A stretch of DNA of 58,933 bases, the filler included, from Dugesia japonica (lineage: Eukaryota): NCBI GenBank assembly GCA_001938525.1. It is 5 parts of 5 records of this genome, joined end to end, with 100 filler letters (N's around TTAATTAATTAA, not from the genome) between each part and the next. Parts side by side here need not be neighbours in the genome. Positions count along the whole stretch, not along the records: positions 32,639 to 48,349 come from MQRL01648136.1; positions 48,450 to 58,933 come from MQRL01625755.1; 3 more parts are not named here. One strand, 5' to 3'. The notes under the pieces were generated by a model, which was not told the DNA's origin, ran no database searches, and was given only the letters and a program-made list of their open reading frames with translations. Positions 38,831 to 53,252 of this stretch are shown here, one piece after another. Positions within the stretch are counted from its first letter, which is position 1. Each line of letters begins with the position of its first letter. The translations under genes and the position numbers were made by a program.

Positions 38831-41331
38831 TTTACAACAAATATTCACTCTTTTATGATAAAACAGAGCTTGGTAATTATCCACATCTCGACAAAACACC
38901 GTAAATCTGTTTCGTCGGGATGCTCTACTAACTCGGGAAATAGCAGATGCCCGATGAGTTGTTTGCTACGTGCGGTCTTCCGCTGTTTTAGAATTAAACT
39001 CTTTGTATTCTAAAACTCTGTTGGCATATCCTAAACTAAAATGATAATTAAGACACTTGGTCGAACCCCTACGTTGATAAACAATACATTTGTAGTTTAC
39101 GGCAACGCGATATTTATGGAAATTAATAAAAAAATTAACTGTAAATCCTGTAGTCCCAGTCCCGAACCGAGTACTGGGATTAATATCGGTTAAATACTGA
39201 AACATGGCCGTCACTTCACCAGAAGGTTGGTTGGTGATTTTAATTTGCAATGTAATCATCGGAAGATTTATCACTGGATAAAATCCACATAAGTTGTACT
39301 AATTTGGAATCATATTAAATTAATGAAGGTTAAATAATTTTGATCTTAATAAATTTAATATGTTGAGATGTCTTTGGGATTTCGCAAAGGCAAATCAACG
39401 ATTTTAACGTGAGCTCTATTAATTTACTTTTAATAAACGAAATCCGATAATTTTTCACTTGTAAATATCGTTATCAATGTTTTCTATATCTTAATATGTT
39501 TAATATATAAAACAATATATTTATAAATAGACTATATAGTCACCTTAAATAATAGAGACAAAAATTTACTTTTTATTATTACACTATATTATTGTGCGTT
39601 AAGATTTTTTTCTCCGGGTCTGTTACTATAAGTATTAGACCTCTTTGAGAACTAAAAATTTTTGGAGTGAATATAATGAAATTATGACGACTATTTATAC
39701 TATTTGATCATACATACAGAAGTCATAAAATCAAAATATTCCATAAAATATAAATAAAAATTATTCACATAAATAAATAAAATTTATCCACGTACTTTTA
39801 TAAAAATTTATGAAATCCAAATCGATCGTCAAACATAATAAAATTTATAAAGTCCAAGATATNNNNNNNNNNNNNNNNNNNNNNNNNNNNNNNNNNNNNN
39901 NNNNNNNNNNNNNNNNNNNNNNNNNNNNNNNNNNNNNNNNNNNNNNNNNNNNNNNNNNNNNNNNNNNNNNNNNNNNNNNNNNNNNNNNNNNNNNNNNNNN
40001 NNNNNNNNNNNNNNNNNNNNNNNNNNNNNNNNNNNNNNGTTGATTGTTTGTGTTTTATTATTGTATGTATGTATGCTTGTTATATTTTATTGTCTGCTTT
40101 CCCCAACAAATAAACACGAAAATGATAGTAACATAATTGAATAATAAAGTTTTAAAGAGAAACTCCATTTTATTGACATAAAATGAGATAATGTTGAAAA
40201 ACGTTAATTGAAAATCGGAACCGATTTCAATGGATGAATATATGCACCAATTCTACACATAACTTGCGTTGTGACAACAATTCCGAACGTTTAAAGCGTG
40301 GATTCTATTAGTATGTAAAAAAAGAAACCTCGAGAGTGTTTTTGTTGCTGGCCCTCGATGAGTTCCAAATTCGACGAGGAAAATGAAAGAAAAATCATAG
40401 TATGAAAAATCTCCTTTGTTAAATCCGTTAGATAGTCTTGTGAGTAACAGTTGGCATAATCCAGTACTACGAATTTCACAAAATAATTCCAATTAATCAG
40501 GATTTTGATTCATTACACGAGGACTTAGGCATACACGAGGATAAAGCATAATTTTTCTAATTACTTTTATTAACTCTTCATTATGTTGTGATATTATATT
40601 TATCCATTTAAAATTTTCTCGATTTCAGCACCCTTTCATTATTTAATATTGATTTATCTTTGATATGCAGCTTTCGATTGAATATTAAGATAGAATATTT
40701 TCTCTTTTCTTCTACTTTGCCTATGTTTGAGGCCCTTGCCAACTAGTATTTCCCTAATCGGGTGTTTCACCCCAACAATATTAATTAAATATCCTGGCCC
40801 AGCACTCACGCTTTTCTCTTATATTATATTCAATAGATTTCCTTCATCATTCTCATATTTCGTGCTCTCATTTTATTATGCTTTTTCTCAGTGCTCAATC
40901 CACTGTTATTATCGGTCTTTTCGTTCTAGTCCAACAATATCAATACTTGTGCAGCCTTTAAATCTTAATTACTAAATTTTCGGTTCATAGTAAACTATTC
41001 CCGAGTTATGGATAAAATGTATCGAGCAATTTAAGAAATACTTTAAAACATTTTCGTTAATATAATTTGGTTTAAAAATAATTTTAATCATCCTATCAAA
41101 TTATTAAAAAATTAATTTTTTATACTATCTATTTTCTGTAAATTTTGACTAGAATTTTTAAATTCAAATATCGTATTTATCCAAAAATAAACCAGGGATT
41201 TATTTTAAATTTTCCACAGAAATTTGGCCCAAGGCTTATTTTCGGAAAATTTATCAAGTAAAATTTCAATAATTTAAGTATATTTAATAAATTTAATATT
41301 TATTCTAAAACAATTCATTCAATCTTCATAA

Positions 41332-41554
41332 TGTTGCTGGTTTATCACTTGATTTTCGCCATAAATTTCGGGTTGATTAAGATCTTGTTATACATACGCT
41401 TAATGTTAATGTTTCGGTCATGGTTGCTTTTATGTCTGATAGATTCTACTTCTGGACCCGCAAACTAGAATGTAGTGCATCCGTCCATTGGATACGTTGA
41501 TGCTAGTCCTGATGATTCTTAAACCTTAGTCAAGAGTGCTTGAGCGCTACAACA
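41332..41554. mobile_element. Putative solo LTR (~220 bp)
   Basis: Bounded by TGTTG...CAACA; the internal TTGATTAAGATCTTGTTATACATACGCTTAATGTTA recurs at ~42852-42887. No clear TSD. Confidence 0.4.
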
Positions 41555-42123
41555 ACCATTATTAGTGACAATACATTTNATTAGCGAGTAAATATCAAGG
41601 AAAAGGATAATATGAACTATGATAATAATATACATAGTAAGCTTAATTGCTACGTTAAATAATGCGAATGAGTTAAGTAAAATTAATTGCAATAACCATG
41701 GCGGAAACCGTAATCGTGGCAGTTTGGGCAATATATTCAATAACTTAAAGATTAATCCTTATATCTATAGTGTCAAGGCTAAGGTATTCTAACAAAATTA
41801 ATTACAATGTTCATGATCTCAATGACGTAAAATAGAGACTATACACACTAGTAAAGATTATGACAATAATCAATAGTAAAAACAGGGAACATAATAATAA
41901 TATGAATATGAACATCGTTATTAATAGTGATCATAAGAATAATAGTTAATAACCATGTTAATAATTATAATCAAAACTAATCATGGAACGAATAATATAC
42001 ATAATAATCATTAACACCAATTTAAATAATAATAATAGTCCTAATTGACAATCATAATAATATCTATTTTAACCATAAGACTACCAGTACTAGTGATAAT
42101 AACACTTAGTAATAATTAATAAC

Positions 42124-42124
<1 letters not shown>

Positions 42125-42185
<61 letters not shown>

Positions 42186-42235
42186 NNNNNNNNNNNNNNN
42201 NNNNNNNNNNNNNNNNNNNNNNNNNNNNNNNNNNN

Positions 42236-42275
<40 letters not shown>
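42125..42275. repeat. (AAT)n microsatellite interrupted by a gap
   Basis: Perfect AAT array either side of the N run. Confidence 0.95.
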
Positions 42276-45200
42276 GTATTAATCATAACCATTGTAACAA
42301 TATTAAAAGTGGTAATAATAAAGATGGAATCTTCAAATCCCGTACTACTAGTAGTAACATCTCTAACGATAATAATAACAACCATAGTAAAAGTTAATCT
42401 CTAGTAATAATAATTAATGGTGATAATAGTGGTAGTAATAATAACGAAAGTACTAACAACAATGATTGGAATAATTATCTAATCGATAATAATGCTAAAT
42501 CATACCGATGGTGTCAAAGCAGAGTGAGCTGTAACTGAAATTAATAATATCAAATTATATTAATGATAATTAATGAAATTATTTATCCATATTTATTTGA
42601 GTTAAAAGAAAATAAAAATAAAGTCGTTAAAATTAAAAAAATTAATTAATACTATAACTACATAATATAATATAAAATATCTAAATCATTCTCGTTGATA
42701 TCTACGGCTTATTTTCTGTAAGGCTGGAATTTGAATTGAAGATGAAATCAGTCTGCTGTACTGGCGATATTACCGAAGTTATCGAAGTTATCTGAATTTA
42801 TAGTTAAAAGATAAAAGGATTTTGTGATATTGAAAGAATAACTTCCTGATTTTGATTAAGATCTTGTTATACATACGCTTAATGTTAGTGTTGAAAAGAC
42901 AACTGGCACTGATAAAGAGAAGCAAATTTTAAGAAAACTGGAACAACTTTGACAGAAATAAGATCTCAGTTGATGATTAATAATGGTGACCCCAAAATGG
43001 CGACTACTTCAAAATAACGATGATCAAAATAGCAACTACATAAAAATAACGATCATTCAAATAATTAGTATAAAAACATCCGCTTAAAAAGAAAATATCA
43101 AAGAATTGATATTAAAATATTTCGTTTAAATATGGTTTAAATTCAATTTATTCAAATTTGAAGACTTAAGTTGTGTGCAATACCAAGAAGATATTCGGAG
43201 ATAAATTGACGGCTGCACGGAAACTTTTGTGAGCAGTTGAAAATTTTCTAAAATGTGAAAATTTTAATTTAAAATTTCCACTATTATTTTCAAAAAAATG
43301 AAAATCGTTAACTAAGTCTCTGCTTGACTTACTGATCAAAAATTTTGAAATCGGCGAACTTTCCTTATTAATTTAATTGATTGTTTTTTTCAAAACCTTT
43401 ATTTAGCATTCTGATGGTATTGTCCTCACTGGTGGATTTTGCTTGATTATTATCATTAATTATTCCAAAAATATTTAATTCCCCGTGATTAGGAAGTGGT
43501 TTTTTATAATTAATTTTATCGATTAATTCGTCATTTTTTCCCGATGCCCATTCATTTATTTAATGAAATTCAAGATTATTCAAACTTTCATGTTTTTACG
43601 AAACGCTCAAAGTTTTTTCTGTTTAAATATTTTATTTATTTAACATTTGTTTTTGTTTAATTTTAATGTGTTTTCCTTTTTCTTTTTTTACAACGGTTCG
43701 AGTTTTTGTTTTGGTTAGAATTTAGATAATTGTAAAAATTGTAGCTTCAATACGAAAATTTAAATAAAAGGATATCATGAAACATTTATTTAAGTATTTT
43801 AATGAAGATGTCGAATTAGAAAGTGCATTATAAATTGAAAAACAATCGTTAAGTATCAAAATAATCATATATGTATTTATAATGCTAATAACATCACAAA
43901 GATAATTTTTGTTTTCACTTTACACGTGTTACATTTATCAGTTTTTCATTAATTAAGATGTTATTAAAATTTTAATTCCAGGTATATGTAATACAAATTA
44001 TTACAATCCTCTTTCAACTACGTAAAAGAATTTCATACTAATTATATTCAGAAATAACTTTTCATGAATCTAATCGAACATTTTCTTGAAAAATATAAAT
44101 AGGAAAATAGGATAGCCAATACATTTATATTTATAATTTTCGTCAAATGTATTATAAAACATCAAATATTTTAATTATTGGAGTATTAATTATAGATGTA
44201 ATTAGTCAATTTTAATTAAAAAATTTTACAAATTTGTACCCTAAATCAAAGAGTTCAGACTGAGACTCTTGAACTGGATACGCTAATTTATTTTTAACAT
44301 AGTAATTTAAATTATTGTTTTAAAATTAGTTTTGTACACAAATGTACTACTTTATTTTTTTAAATATAAAAAACAAGTTAAATTTTTAAAAGTATTTAAT
44401 CGATATAACGTATAACAATGTTTTTTATTAAATCCGGTTAACATCGCATTAGCAACTTTCCTCTTCATTTTGTTGAGTATCCATCATTTCTTCGGTATCA
44501 AAATCTATTAAAAATTATAAATTATATACTTTTTCAGCGATATTGCGCACACACACAAAGAACCAATCATAATATCACACGAACATACACATGTCTATAT
44601 TATGTGAATTAATTCGTCATTATAATTACATGAAGAAACAAAACTAAAGAAATTTCTTAGATAAAAATTAGCTACATAAGCAAAATCAATAACCATTTTA
44701 CTTAATTGATTAGTTTCAGTGGATTTGATTCAAAATATTTGCAGCTGATATTAACACTTTGTAGATTAATTTAATCAAGTCCTCTTCCCGTATCGCTTCA
44801 CTTAAATCAAATCTTCAAAACTTCATTTGTTGAGATACTTTAGGGGATTAATTGTCAAAATAAGTCAACAATGCGTGAGTTTAATGATCGAATTTTATAA
44901 TTGGATTAATCCCAATATATATTGTTATATAAATTTTTCTATAGGACTTAATATGTTCATTATAAATAAATCAATATGGTATAAATAGACTATATAGTAT
45001 CCCTTATTCAATGAATTAAAAATTACTTTTCAAAATTTATAATTAAATAACAACGTGTATTCTACAATTATCTTTTAACAGTAATAAAAACAAGTTAATA
45101 TTTTTAGCTTTTGGTTGTGGATTTCAAAAGGTCCAAACACTTTATCAGCTTTTTATGAGGTTAATTACATTAAGATTGAATCCACTATTTATACTAGTGG

Positions 45201-45964
45201 CTATCTAATGATCATGCGTATAAATTAGTTAAATTATTAATATTTACAATAAACTTAGATTAAACTTAAACCTAAAATATTCCATAAAAATAAAAATTTT
45301 CCATAATATTATAAAATTATTGTTTACGTTTACATAAAAATCCAATAAAATTATATAATTAAGAATTTAACCATGAAGTTTTTTTTGAAAAATATCAATA
45401 TTTTGACACAGTCTTCATTTGAAAAGATTGTTCTAAATGTTATTGATGAAAAAGTTAAAATCAAATTTATAAAGACCTATGGTTAAATATTTATTCTAAA
45501 ATGTTTAAATAGGTTAAATATTAACCGAAATTGTGTTGATCGAAGTTCCATTGATATCATTAATATTTATTTGATTATAATTGACATTTTCAATGTTGAT
45601 AATAACAGGAGTATTGATAGCCTTATTGTATGAAGGATGATCTGATGAAATCACAAATTCCTGATTGTTGAATCAGTTTGATAAATATTCGTAATTATTT
45701 CGTATCACTAAAGAATCATAGGATGGTGGAAATGTTACTTCTTCAGGATTAGTATATTTAATGGAACACCATGCACTAACCTTTATCATTAAAGTTATAA
45801 ATTTAATAAAAGTTAAGAATCGATTTTGAAATGAAGATCATTACAAATAACCAAGTGATCGTTACTATAGGCTTATTTAATACTTAGTTGTGACAAATAA
45901 ATTATTCAATACAAAAAATTTAATAAAATAAAATTAATTATCAATGAAAATTAGCATATTACCT

Positions 45965-46076
45965 AGGGGTCGTTCATAAATGATGTCACACAATTTCTGG
46001 CATATTATTGACACACTCCTTCCACCTCGTCCCTATTCATTACGAAATGTCCGATCCCCCCAATATGACGTCACAA
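45965..46076. mobile_element. PIF/Harbinger-like MITE end
   Basis: AGGGGTCGTTCATAAATGATGTCAC...TGACGTCACA resembles the GGGGCCGTCCATAAATTACGTCAC type of terminus; partner end not found. Confidence 0.45.
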
Positions 46077-48449
46077 AGATTCTTCACAAAAAATTCTTTT
46101 TATATTTCATCTTTGACTCAGCAGTGATAAGAAGGTTTAAAACACGCCAAAAATAATATTTAAACGTAACAGCTGCAATATCATTTCAATCATTCAAAAA
46201 ATACTATTTAAGATTGTTTTAAATTAGAGTTAAATTTTTTGCCATCTCAGTTGAAATTTTTCTATAAAATATTTTTTTAATTTAAATTAATTAAAAAATG
46301 ATAGAATTAAATTATTAAAAACTATCAGTAATAATTGTTAACTTTTTATTTATTTTTTTAAAATCAAACTTTTAAATAGTGAAATTTTATAAATATTTAA
46401 CTACATTTAATTTATTATTTTTAAAATAATTTAAAATAATTTGTTTTTTAAATTTCTAATTAATTTTTAAATTTATTTAGAAAAGAAAGGAATACAAATT
46501 TTTAATTTTTTAAAAAAATAATTGGTTTATCTAAAATTTATTAGAAGATTTGTTTTAAAATTGTAAATAAGGTAATTAAATTAAATAAATGATTTAACAA
46601 AGTAATTAATACACTTAAATTTTCTTGCAATAATTTATATTTAGAAATAAATTAAAAAATTTTAAAAATTATGTAAATTTCAGTTGAGATGCAAATTATT
46701 TGGTTTTGTTTAATTTGATTTAAAAAAACAAATATTTGTTCTTTGTTTTATAATATATTTTAAATTGAAACGTCTACTCTTTTAAATTCAACAATGAGTG
46801 TCTTAGACTCATCTAACATTATTTAATATACTCTGATTCTATAACATCGCGATATTCAAACAATATTTAATAATATCACTATTGAATAAAAAATAAAACT
46901 TTGATTGTCACTTGAGTTCNNNNNNNCTATCAATTTTTACGATTTATTTTCAATTACGATGAAATATATCTGATCAATATTATAAATAACAAACACATTC
47001 AATCTACAAACTGAGAAATACAAATAATAAAATCAACGTTTCATCCTTTTGATGAAAAATCCTTTTAAAAAATTACCAATTAGATATTTTATATTTGAAA
47101 AAAAAAATTTCAATTCCAGTAATGAAAAATTAAATCAATAAATCAATTCGAAAACAACAGTTAATAATAACAATAATTATATCAGGATAGCCTGATTGAA
47201 TCAAAATATAATATCTGCGCGTGTTCCAGATATTTGATTATATTTATATAGCGGTAAAAATACCTCAACGTTATGTAAGTTAATTTTTTCAAACAATAAA
47301 ATCGAAAAACATTTTGTGTTTAAAATAAATATTTAAGAGTGCTCTTAACATATTTGTTTTTTTAATTTGCTTACATAAAAACAAAATTGAAATTTCTTTT
47401 TGGTTTTTGTTGAGATATAAATTTGAAATTAAATGTTATAAACAAAAACAGGTGCAATCAATCAATTCAGAGAGTATTTACATATAGGAAATCGATTTAA
47501 TGAATATTGCCGGTGATCATAGTAATAGAAGGAAAGGAATCAATATAATGAATAACAGAAAGTCGATATACTAAATATTGAATTGTTGTTTATCGTAGAT
47601 AGTTTCTGGATCAGGACGAATCTAAAAGAATTTGAAATAGTCTCTTTTTGAGTCCAAATAGTCTTTTGCGGTTATCATCGGGAATCTTCTGAATATTCAG
47701 TATTTTGTGGTGCATGCTTATAACCATATTTTAATTTAATGTATATTGTATTATATTTTATGATTTACTCGATCTCAACGAAATTGTTTTAATAATAAAG
47801 TCAACAATACACGAGTCTGGGATATATAAATTTAATATATGGGTAATATTTGGTGATCCTGTGTAATATTAATGTTTATTATAGATAGAATGATAAAATA
47901 AACATATTTTATAGCTATGTTTTTCAAATTTTTAAAAGTATTTTTGGAGGCACAGTCGGGATCTACTAGATTTGAAAGGAAATGAAGGAATGAAAATAGA
48001 GAATACCCGGATTTATTTGGAAGAAAATGCAATATCTGGAATAATTTGAATAGGAAATGCTAGAAGGAAAATGAAATTAAACCAAATTACAAGATGCAAA
48101 GAGAAGAAAGCAAACTGAAAAGGTTCTAGAAATAGTTCTAGTTTTACTGAAAAAGCTTGCAAGTTCCAATAATTGACTTAGTGATCGAATTATTTGTTAT
48201 TATTAAATCATCGATCCGTTTGTTGAATAATGTTGGAATACTAGCTATTCGAAACCATCATTATTAATTTGTCACTGATTGTTAGCCTGTTTTGAAGATC
48301 AAGTTATTGGAGAGAAAATTTTATTAATATTTTATTTTATTTGAAAATGNNNNNNNNNNNNNNNNNNNNNNNNNNNNNNNNNNNNNNNNNNNNTTAATTA
48401 ATTAANNNNNNNNNNNNNNNNNNNNNNNNNNNNNNNNNNNNNNNNNNNN

Positions 48450-48513
<64 letters not shown>
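48450..48513. repeat. (TAA)n microsatellite
   Basis: Perfect array at contig edge. Confidence 0.95.
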
Positions 48514-48515
<2 letters not shown>

Positions 48516-50084
48516 ATTAATAAGCGCACTCAAAATTATAAGATCGAATAATCTACCAACAATAATTATTTGTATTTTATGGGGTTTTATATTTATGTTA
48601 TCCATACGACTCAAAACCTCTTTTGAAATAAATATTATTATTAAGATTCATAACTAATACATTCATAATACATTCATAACTAATTCATTAACTAATATAT
48701 TAATATGATTGTTAGAACATTTCGTTTTTAAAGAAGACATGTTAAATTTATGTTTGGATATTTTTAACTTAATCTTTTTTCCATGTCCTAGTTTCTGCTC
48801 TCTTAATTTTCTTCTGCATAAAATATTTATCAACAATTTGCTACGAGATGTCATTATTTTACAAATTTAGTTTCATAGCGTTGATAGACCACCGTTTTTT
48901 CTATGCATTAAAGTGCTGATATTTTAACTGTATTTGGTATTCTGATAGNNNNNNNNNNNNNNNNNNNNNNNNNNNNNNNNNNNNNNNNNNNNNNNNNNNN
49001 NNNNNNNNNNNNNNNNNNNNNNNNNNNNNNNNNNNNNNNNNNNNNNNNNNNNNNNNNNNNNNNNNNNNNNNNNNNNNNNNNNNNNNNNNNNNNNNNNNNN
49101 NNNNNNNNNNNNNNNNNNNNNNNNNNNNNNNNNNNNNNNNNNNNNNNNNNNNNNNNNNNNNNNNNNNNNNNNNNNNNNNNNNNNNNNNNNNNNNNNNNNN
49201 NNGATGAAATCCAAGTGTTCCGCAAGAGATTTAAATTTTTAATAAAGTTCTAGAATATAAAACAGTTTCTCGCAAAATTTTTTAGTCTGCAGTACACCAA
49301 AATTTAAATTTATTCTAGAATTTAGAAAAATTCTAGATTGTTTTTGGGTAATAAACAATGTTTAATAGATAGAATGGACAAGTATTTAAAACAGAATAAA
49401 AATTCAATAAAAATTGGTGTGCCGTGTGAAAAAAATTTATATTTTGGTGTGTCGCAGACTAAATTGTATTAGCAATTAGCAAAAAATAATATATTGATCG
49501 CAAAGAAAAAATGTTGAAGTCAAATTAAATTCGACTGTTTAAATTTCCGTTTATACGCCATTGCGACTATCGCATTAACAATGATTATGTTTTCAAAATT
49601 ATTGATTAGCTGTGTTTATTTTAATTATTAAAACTTAATAAGTATGTAGACAATAAAACGTTGTTTTGTTTGACGTAAAATTTTATTTAAATTTTAAATA
49701 ATTTCATAATAATTATTGTTTGGTTCATGAAAAATGTCATGATAAAAATGATTTCATGAAAACAAAAGTTTAAGAAGCATTGCTATTGATTAATCTGTAA
49801 TATTGACTAATCAAAATCAAGTTTTAAATAGAATTTCAATATCAAATAAGTAAAACAAAACAATTCAATGATTTAATTGAACTTATTGGCTGAATATCAA
49901 TTTTATTAATTGATCAATGATTATCATTATCGATTTAACTTTAAAAATGAGTGATATCGCCTCTTTTGAGACGAAAGTTCATGGTAAACGGGGGGGGGAG
50001 AGAGAGCGCTAAAGGTAAATTTNACTTTCAGAAAAAATATTAATTAAAATAAANAAAAACATACTTTTAAGTAAGTATATTTTT

Positions 50085-50411
50085 GTTTTACTGGCTTTTC
50101 CAACTTCATATTTGGTTGAACGAAGATTTAGCGTTACAGTTCAGTTCTTATCAAAATAGAGAAATCGCTTACAAATATTATCCAACTACGAGTCAAATAT
50201 GAATGAATTGACTGAGCGTAATCAACCCCAAGGGTCACATTTAATCAAGGTCATTGATCGTAATAAAAATAAAACTCCTTATAAAAAATTTTGATATTAT
50301 TTCTATTATTTAAAAATTTCTTTATAAAATTTTTAATAATTTTGAGGAGGCGCTGAAAAATTAATTTTATGAAAAAGTGAATACTGGATCAAAATAGTTT
50401 GAGAACCACTG
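50085..50411 (+). mobile_element. hAT (Charlie/Buster-type) transposase C-terminal fragment and right TIR
   Basis: LLAFPTSYLVERRFSVTVQFLSK*RNRLQI...NQPQGSH, then terminus TTTGAGAACCACTG at 50411. Confidence 0.8.
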
Positions 50412-51751
50412 GTTTAGATTAAGGAAACGATTTGCTGTTGTAATCAACCATAAAACAATTGAATTGAATAGTTAATGAGAAAATTAATATTATTGAAGAA
50501 TTTATAAAGTAAAAATCACGTTAAATTTTTAATCCTTATCAAATGAATGTAAAATCTAAGTTTTTCACTCAATATAATAAAATTGCAAACTTTAATTATT
50601 CAAAAGAAATTAACAATCACTAAATCAGTTATTTTCTGATGTTGAAAATTGAATGAAAAATTTTATAAAATTTTTCAATTCACTAATTCTGCAAATAAGC
50701 ACATTTGTTCTATAAATAAATTGGAAGAAAGAAAAAAAAATAAATTTCTAACTGATTTTATTTTAAACGTATTTTGATAAAAGAAAAGCTTGTAAAATTT
50801 TTAAAAAAAAATTAAATATTTAAAAATAATTTTTAAAAAATATTTTAATTTTTAAAAGTAAGTATTTTTAAGATTCAATAAATTAAAAGGCGAAAAAAAA
50901 CAAAAAAAAATTATTTCATTTCTTGTTTATTTTCTACAAAAAAAATGAAATTAATAAATTGTTTGTCACAATAAAACAAAAATTTTTTAAAAAAAATAGG
51001 AAATATACTATATAAAGAATTTTACAATTTTTAGTTTGATTCACAATATTACAAGTTTCTACAAATAAATTTAATCAGTTGTTTTTTATTTGTTAAAAGC
51101 TAAAAAGACAAAATATTCTTAATATTCAAACTAATTTAACTCATTTAAATATTTCAATTAAACAATGCAATTAAGATAACCCATGCCTCTGAAATTCAAA
51201 AAATATTTATAACCTAAAATTTAAATATTTATACATTCAAAAATAAAATCCAAATACATATTTTTAATATTTAAAATTAACCTTTCAAATAAAATTTTCA
51301 AATAAAAACATACTAAAATAATTTTAAGGATAAATTGTAATAAGCTATAATTGTTTTAATACACTCTAAAATTTAAGAATTTATTATTTATCTTAAATTT
51401 TTTATTTATAATAAACTTATTAATAATTAGCAAAACATTTGATACATATTCAAGTTCTTTCTCATGTAGTTAATAAAAGTAATGTGCAACCATTGATTAC
51501 GAACTTTTCTTTTTTAAAATAATCAAGTACTGATCATAAGATTAACATAATTATTTATTTTTTTTATTGTGAATCGCAACTAACCGAAAAATTTCAATTT
51601 TTTTATGTAAATTTCCTGTATGTAATAATAAAAATTGAATATTAAAAATATAAATTTTCATTAATAATTTTGCTTTAAAATTTTTTAGATATTTGTATAA
51701 TTTTATTGAAAAATTTTTTTTGAAATACAAAATTTTAAATATTTAATTTTA

Positions 51752-52754
51752 GGGTTAATTACAAAATAACCCACTTGAAAAATTTTATAACCCACATTTA
51801 AGTTTTTTTTACAAAAATAACCCACAATCAAANNTTTTTTTATGAAAATAACCTACTTGAAAAAATATATGACTTAAATTAAACTCAATATTGACATTGG
51901 CTTCAAAAGTAATATAATTTTAAGACAATAAAAATATAAAAGATTTGTTATGACAGTTTTAAAATAAAATAAAGATAAAAAATTAATTTTTATTTTTATT
52001 TCTTATTTTCCGGGCACTTATTCTTATTATGTCCTTGTTTTCTGCAAATACTGCATTTATTAGCCTTTAATAAAGCGACTTCTCCAGCAGATTTCTTCCT
52101 TTTGGATTTCTTAGGACGTCCAGCACGATTAGTTTTATAAGCATTAACAACATTACATTTTAAAATCATATCTGGATCGATATATTTCATAGTATTTGCA
52201 TATAAAAGTTTTAATGAGTTCAGAGCTCTTTTGGGGCTAATAAAAATTTTCTTATCAAATCCATTAATCATTATTGCCGCCGCATATGCGTGTTTACATG
52301 GAAATATTTCAATCCAGCTATCATTCCACAACTGCAACTAAGTTTATTAAAATCCACTATTCTATAAATTGTTGATGTACTCGTACTAGTAACTTCAAAC
52401 ACATTACCAATGGATTTAGATGCAGCGTTTAAGAATTTGCCTCGTGAAGCAGATAACAAGGACATAATAAGAATAAGTGCCCGGAAAATAAGAAATAAAA
52501 ATCAAAAATTTTTTTTATCTGTATTTTATTTTAAAACTGTCATTAATATATCTTTTATAATTTTATTGTCTTAAAATTATAATACTTTTGAAGCCAATGT
52601 TTAATTGAGTTTAATTTTGAAGTTTAATTTAAGTCATATGTTTTTTCAAGTAGGTTATTTTCATAAATAAAATTTGATTGTGGGTTATTTTTGTAAAAAA
52701 AACTTAAATGTGGGTTTTAAAATTTTTTAAGTGGGTTATTTTTGTAATTAACTC
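51752..52754 (-). mobile_element. MULE/Mutator-like element, 1003 bp, ~290-bp inverted arms, 9-bp TSD
   Basis: Arms 51752-~52037 and ~52457-52754; TSD TTAATTTTA / TTAACTTTA (8 of 9); repeated AACCCAC motifs in the arms. Confidence 0.9.
51996..52456 (-). pseudogene. MULE transposase C-terminal fragment (SWIM finger and CCHC knuckle)
   Basis: YRIVDFNKLSCSCG / FPCKHAYAA (SWIM, frameshifted), GRPKKSKRKKS, CSICRKQGHNKNKCP. Confidence 0.88.
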
Positions 52755-52942
52755 TTAACTTTATCGAAATACATTTTACAAATAGAANNNNNNNNNNNNN
52801 NNNNNNNNNNNNNNNNNNNNNNNNNNNNNNNNNNNNNNNNNNNNNNNNNNNNNNNNNNNNNNNNNNNNNNNNNNNNNNNNNNNNNNNNNNNNNNNNNNNN
52901 NNNNNNNNNNNNNNNNNNNNNNNNNNNNNNNNNNNNNNNNNN

Positions 52943-53209
52943 ATTACTACTATAATAATAATAATAACAATAATAATAATAATTATTATTATTATTATTA
53001 TAATTATTATTATTTTTATTATTATTATTATTAATATTTTTAATATTAGTATTATTACTATTATTATTATAACAATAATAATTATTATAATTATAATTAT
53101 AATTATTATTATTTTTAATATTATTATTATTACTATTATTATTATTTCTATTAATATTATAAAAATAATTATTATTAATATTATTATTATTATTACTATT
53201 ATTATTAAA

Positions 53210-53252
<43 letters not shown>
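52943..53252. repeat. Degenerate (AAT/ATT)n low-complexity array
   Basis: Direct inspection; flanked by gaps. Confidence 0.9.

Noticed and set aside
38966-39274. 102-aa minus-strand ORF near a piggyBac-like end
   Set aside because: No transposase or other motif recognisable; cannot be supported as a gene.
40600-40980. Possible integrase C-terminal fragment (SWQGP on the minus strand)
   Set aside because: Only a short motif in heavily interrupted frames; insufficient evidence.
42116-42385. Poly-Ile/poly-Leu ORFs (also 48402-48614) and Asn-rich ORF 38037-38246
   Set aside because: Translations of (AAT)n microsatellite or low-complexity DNA.
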